DNA of 64,000 nucleotides, taken from Paraspadella gotoi (lineage: Eukaryota > Animalia > Chaetognatha). The notes under the pieces were generated by a model. It searched no databases and was not told where the DNA came from. It saw only the letters and a list, made by a program, of their open reading frames with translations. The stretch lies in NCBI GenBank assembly GCA_051294375.1, contig CM119264.1, positions 25,978,450 to 26,042,449 of the forward strand. Direction: 5' to 3'. Shown here one piece after another: positions 59,026 through 64,000 of the stretch (the first letter of the stretch is position 1; the number at the start of each line of letters is the position of its first letter). The position numbers and the translations under genes are program-made.

Positions 59026-59320
59026 TTTATCTTTCTTTCTTTCACCAAAAGGCTTTTCCTAATGCATGAAGACTAAAAAAAACAAAAAAACAAAAAAACA
59101 CACTTCAGACTCCGAATATCATTCCTCGTTTTTTTCTTTTGCGAAATAGATTCCATAATTTTTAAATAAGTTTTAAAAAAAATTAATTTTCAGGGAATTT
59201 AAAAAGCGTCGAGCAACTCCATTTCCGCAATCTCATTTCCGCATTCCTTTTGCTGCATTCCCTCTTCCTACACTCCGCTCTGCCGCATTCCTCCTCAGCA
59301 TTTCCCCTTCGCTCAAAACG

Positions 59321-62300
59321 ATGTCGCATTCCACGATCCTCGACGCGATCAACGCCGGCGGCGAGAAGCCCCTCAAGAGCGTGGAGACGGTGGAGAAGGT
59401 GGTGCTGCCCGACGCCGAGGTGGTCGCCAAGGAGCGGAAGGAGACGGCCGTCCTCGCCGGCGTCGCAGACTTCGACAAGGCCAAGTTGCAACGCGTCGAC
59501 ACGGTGGAGAAGGACGTCAAACCGGACGCGGACGTGTTGAAGAAAGAGAGGAGCGAATCCGAGGTGGGGAGAGGTTGTGGTAGTGTGGGTGGGGTGTGGG
59601 AAGGTGGAGGAGGGTGTGTGGGAAGTGGGTGGGTGTGGGAAGGTGGAAAAAGGTGAGTGGGAAGTGGATGGGGTGTGGGTAGGTGGGGAGGGGTTGTGGG
59701 AAGTGGATGGGGTGGAGGAAGATGTGTGGGAATTGGGTGGGGTGTGGGAAGGATGTGTGGGAAAAGGTGGAGGAGGATGTGTGGGAAGGTCGGGACGGGT
59801 GGGGCGCCGAAGGAATGGGATGCAGAAGGGGGAAGGAGTAGTTGTGACTTAAGGAATCCCGACGCTTGAAAAGAATTTAGAGCATAAAGGGAATGGCAGA
59901 AGAAAAAAGTTAACAAAAACCTAACATAAAAAATGCTGACTTCTCACTAAAGACAAGATAAAAAAAAGTCTAAAATTAGATATATATCGGTTTTCCTTCC
60001 TCAGTCGCAAATAATCTTGTTTGTTAAAAACTTAAAACTAACTCTCGCGTAATAGTATAACGCGTTCCGTTTTAATGACATAAACCCAGACTCTACCAGT
60101 TATTTATCAGCGTTTAAAACTATAATTTTCTTCGACGTTCCGAGATAAAAAAAACCCATTCCATTCGAGCCTTATCTTTATTTATTCAGTCTTACGCTTT
60201 TAATCTTTATCTCGATTTCGAACGCCCTCCAAAGGGAGAGCTGACTGGCTGATTGTCGAACGGGCAGATTGTTTTTTGTTTTTTTTTTTTTAAGTTTTGT
60301 TTCGTTTAGATTTTTTAAAAAAATTTCTAAACAATATACTCCGGGCCGAATTTAACTTTAAGTAGAGCAGAAGCCCTGCTGGTATGTTCTGTTTATTATG
60401 ATAATAATGATGATAATGATGATAATCTGCAGTTCAAAATTAAAAAAAAAAACTTCTTAGCTTATATTTGTTTTTGTCATTTATATTAATCTATGAAGTA
60501 TTTTGAAGTTTACAAATGAACTCCCTTTTTGTTGTTGTTGTTGTTGTTGTTGTTTTTGCAAGATGATTTACTCATCTAATTCATCTTAAACTGTTTCTTT
60601 CCGTCTCAACTGTTTCGCCTCACCGGCCTTTTTCCCTTCCTTTCCAGTGACCCAGTCCCCGCCTTTTCAGTTGTGATCTCTCTCTCTGTCTCTCTCTGAC
60701 CTTCTCTTGAACCGGCGTTAAAAAACAGGACCCTTTTTTGGGGCAGATCGGTTTTTTTTTCAGATCTGGTGGAAGTTTGTTTGTCAGATTAATCACGGGC
60801 AGAGACTGAATGAGGAATCCGAAGTAATGACTACAGGAATTACGAGGAACGAAGTTTGTATATTCTAATGACATTCAACTTCAAGATACTAATTAGTTTT
60901 TGAAAGGTTGTATTCTATAAATAAACCGCTCTATAAATATTTATAAATATATTAATTATAATAAAAATATTATAAAATACATTGCTATGTGAGTCACTCT
61001 GAACAAACGGAAAGGTGCGAGGAAGTTGACTCTTAAAAATAGTGAGTGTTCCCACTTTTGGTAGAGATTGTGCTAAAAAGGTTTTCCTAAATTTCGTTTC
61101 ACGCCCAAAACCTGCGACCATTTTTGAAGGATTTCCCTGACTATTTTTTTTTATTTTCAACTATGGAGTATGGACGTGTCCTTTTCTGATTCCTTTCACT
61201 CTAAAAATTACGTGAAAAGTTTAAAATGATGCTTTTATGCTTTTATGTGTCTCTACGTACCAATACATTTTCAAACCAGTTATAAATTTATTTTCAATTT
61301 CTTAATAATACGAAATATTTTTTTTATTTATTCATACACACACGCCGTCATCGTTAAAGCGCGAGAGAGAGAGTCTGAAAGAAAGGGGCAGACACTAGAG
61401 AATTTTGTAAGTTCAAGAGCCTTTGTCAAAAAACTGAATTTATGCAGTCGAAGCCATTCATTAATTGAAAACCTGAACTGATTTATCAATACAACGACGA
61501 GAGGTTCGAATGGTAATAGGAAAAGCAGTTTAAACTTGGTGATTTATCAATGCTGAGACTTGATTGATTCATGTTTAAACTAATTTCTATTATACGTCTT
61601 AATTTAATCGAACTATATGAAGAATTACCATTTTATTGATAACTTGATACGGATATTTTCTTCCTATTCGCGCCTCCTGACTTTAGCAAGCTAATTGTTT
61701 ATGCCATTGTTTTCACCATATATAATATCAATATAATTTCTGACTACCTCATTGTTTTTTTTTTCCTTTATCGCCACGCCCATCGATCGCAGGTCCTTCA
61801 AGGCGTGGCCGGGTTCGACAAGGGCAGCTTGAAACACGCGGAGACTCATGAGAAGAACGTTCTTCCCGACGCGGAGGCGGTCGCAAAGGACAAACTCGAA
61901 TACGGAATGAGGAAGGAAGTGGAATGCTTCGACAAGAAGGACTTCAAGCACGTCGGTGAGGATGTGTGCGGGACCGGTGGAGGTTAAGAGGGAAGATGAA
62001 GGGATAGCGCTCGCTGGCTACGTCCTGGTCTTTCAACATCTTTGTACAATGTACAAGGCCGCTTTTGACTTGAAGTTTGTAAACCAGTACGGCATCCCAT
62101 TTTAAACTAGTAAAGAGACTGAACTTTAAAAAAAAAAAACTTTTTAGCTTTTCTCTGAATTAAATAAGTCTAATTTGAGACGTGCATGCGTAAAATATGC
62201 AATATAGGCCTGAGCCAATTATTTTCATTATTTTCCTGTTCCCCCTGTTCTTTTGTTTTTCAGAAACTGTGGAGAAGAACACCCTACCGGACAAAGAGAC

Positions 62301-62340
62301 GATTACTCTGGAGAGACGACTCAGCGAAGGGGACGATTGA
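59321..62340 (+). CDS. Four-repeat beta-thymosin/WH2 actin-monomer-binding protein, exons 59321-59563, 61793-61955, 62264-62340, 160 aa
   Basis: Repeats LKSVETVEKVVLP, FDKAKLQRVDTVEK, FDKGSLKHAETHEKNVLP, FDKKDFKHV|ETVEKNTLP; phases 0 and 1 consistent. Confidence 0.9.
59564..59835 (+). repeat. G-rich degenerate minisatellite (GTGTGGGAAGGTGGA-like) at the start of thymosin intron 1
   Basis: Repeated GTGTGGGAAG/GGGTGG units with almost no C. Confidence 0.8.
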
Positions 62341-63017
62341 TCAAAAATTAAAGTTTCGATTATTATTTTTTTTTTTTATATTTTTTTTTTCGCTGCTTGT
62401 CTTCGATTTTAAAATTTTTTATTGCATCCTTGTAATTCTTTTTTTGATTAAGTACTTAATCAGTCGATTCTTTTTTCTCCCGTTGTTCTTGTAATAACCA
62501 ACGCAATCGCTATCACGACGGGTGACTTTTGTTTGTCTTTCTTTCTTTCGAGAGAATTTCGCTGCTAAGCGGATTATATGAGTTCAGAATAAAATCTTAG
62601 ACCTGCGTTATACTTATAGGTAAGATACGTAAAATGCTTGAAGCCCAACTGAAGTACCAAAAAAATATGTGTAAATGTCAAAAACTGGGTGGAGTGAGAA
62701 ATCGATTAGAGGAGAAGCAGAAAAGGATTTGCTGACAAAATATATCCACTTTAATCACGAATCTCTAATCAGTTTAGTTCAAAAAGTAATCTTGTTAGTG
62801 AACAAAAATCAATGCTGATGCCGATGCTTATTACAATTTTAAAATCGTATCGCATAAATTAATAAAACTCAAAATTTAAAACAAAATATCTCTGGAACGG
62901 AGGTGGTCCCTGTGAGGTTTGAAAGTGAACGCTGGGAAAAATTATTACTTAAAACTGGACCCCTTAACGAGTTATCATCTCTGGAAAAACCGGTCGGTGG
63001 ATGAAGTTTGAATAAAT

Positions 63018-63088
<71 letters not shown>

Positions 63089-63266
63089 TCTCTCGATTCC
63101 AGTTTTTTTCAACTCTCATCGCGTTTCTTTATATTTCACATCCAAGATTTTCTACCTGGGGAACACAACTGATCTTTCTGAAAAAATAAAAAATTAAAAC
63201 AACGAACGACAACAAAAAATATCAATAGTGATTATTTTTCTTTCTTCTCTCTTCCTCTTCATAATC

Positions 63267-63713
63267 ATGGACGTAAGTAAAAGAATCAATGATGGGTTTT
63301 GTTTTTATTTTAATTTCGGTTTCGTTTTATTTTTATTCAGATTCAATTCGATTTGATTTGAATCTAACGTTTTTTATTCGTAGATATCGATGAATATTAT
63401 TTAGCGTAATAATTGTAAAATTGACTTTTCAGTTGAAACTTGAATAAATGACAGCAGCAAGGTGAAAAATTTAGAAAACCAAAAACTAACCGTGAATTTT
63501 ATTCCCTGATCCCTGCTGCGTACTAATGCGCCTTGAATGGGATCACCTCGGCAGTTTTTTCTTCTGATTAGCATTTTGTTTAAAACTTGAAATTCCGCGT
63601 TTTATTTCTTCGACGCCAGAAATCCGATGTAGTCGAGGCGCCGAAGGACAAGCCCAGATCGCCGTTCGCCGAGGGTCTGGCTCAATTCGACAAATCCAAA
63701 CTCAAGAAAACTG
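63267..63713 (+). CDS. Second beta-thymosin gene, 5' part (6-nt first coding exon 63267-63272, exon 63620-63713); continues beyond the window
   Basis: ATGGAC|GTAAGT...CCAG|KSDVVEAPKDKPRSPFAEGLAQFDKSKLKKT|GTGAG; FDKSKLKKT is the canonical beta-thymosin motif. Confidence 0.8.
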
Positions 63714-64000
63714 GTGAGGGGTTTCGAAAAGGAACTGAAAAGGGAATGGGACGGGCGTCGAGATGTGGTTCGGGACGGGAAAGGGACCGGGACGGGCAAT
63801 GGGACGATGTGGGTTAAACGGGCAGAGTGAGAGAAGTAAAGCGGATTCGAGAAAATCCAGTTATTCTCGAGTTCCATTTAATTATATTTATCATTCTTCA
63901 GGTCACATTTTTCATTTCCAATAAATAATTTAACTAAATGATTTTTTAATGTCAAAAATTATTTTGAGTGTTAAATCGCACATGTACTATCTAAGTGACT

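Overview
Intron-rich animal genomic DNA (GC-rich exons, AT-rich introns, many GA/CT microsatellites) from a noisy long-read or amplified assembly. The first ~38 kb consists of near-identical tandem blocks that differ mostly by homopolymer indels, with two 25-N gaps and chimeric junctions. Recognisable content: a ~3.45 kb non-autonomous LTR-type element; adenosine deaminase (two assembly copies); a vinculin gene (D3-D4, Pro-rich linker and tail; D1/D2 not found in the window); beta-tubulin (9 exons, minus strand); an orphan coiled-coil ORF; a four-repeat beta-thymosin; and the start of a second beta-thymosin. Two patterns stand out. (1) Most introns I inspected have degenerate 5' splice sites, and their ends can base-pair in nested order with many G-U wobbles, suggesting structure-guided splicing. 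(2) The vinculin locus contains in-phase GT-AG exon chains that predict alternative N-termini (including a headless tail isoform with a 438-aa novel N-terminus), several phase-1 cassette exons and a nested antisense gene. All gene models were built by eye without RNA data or database searches.
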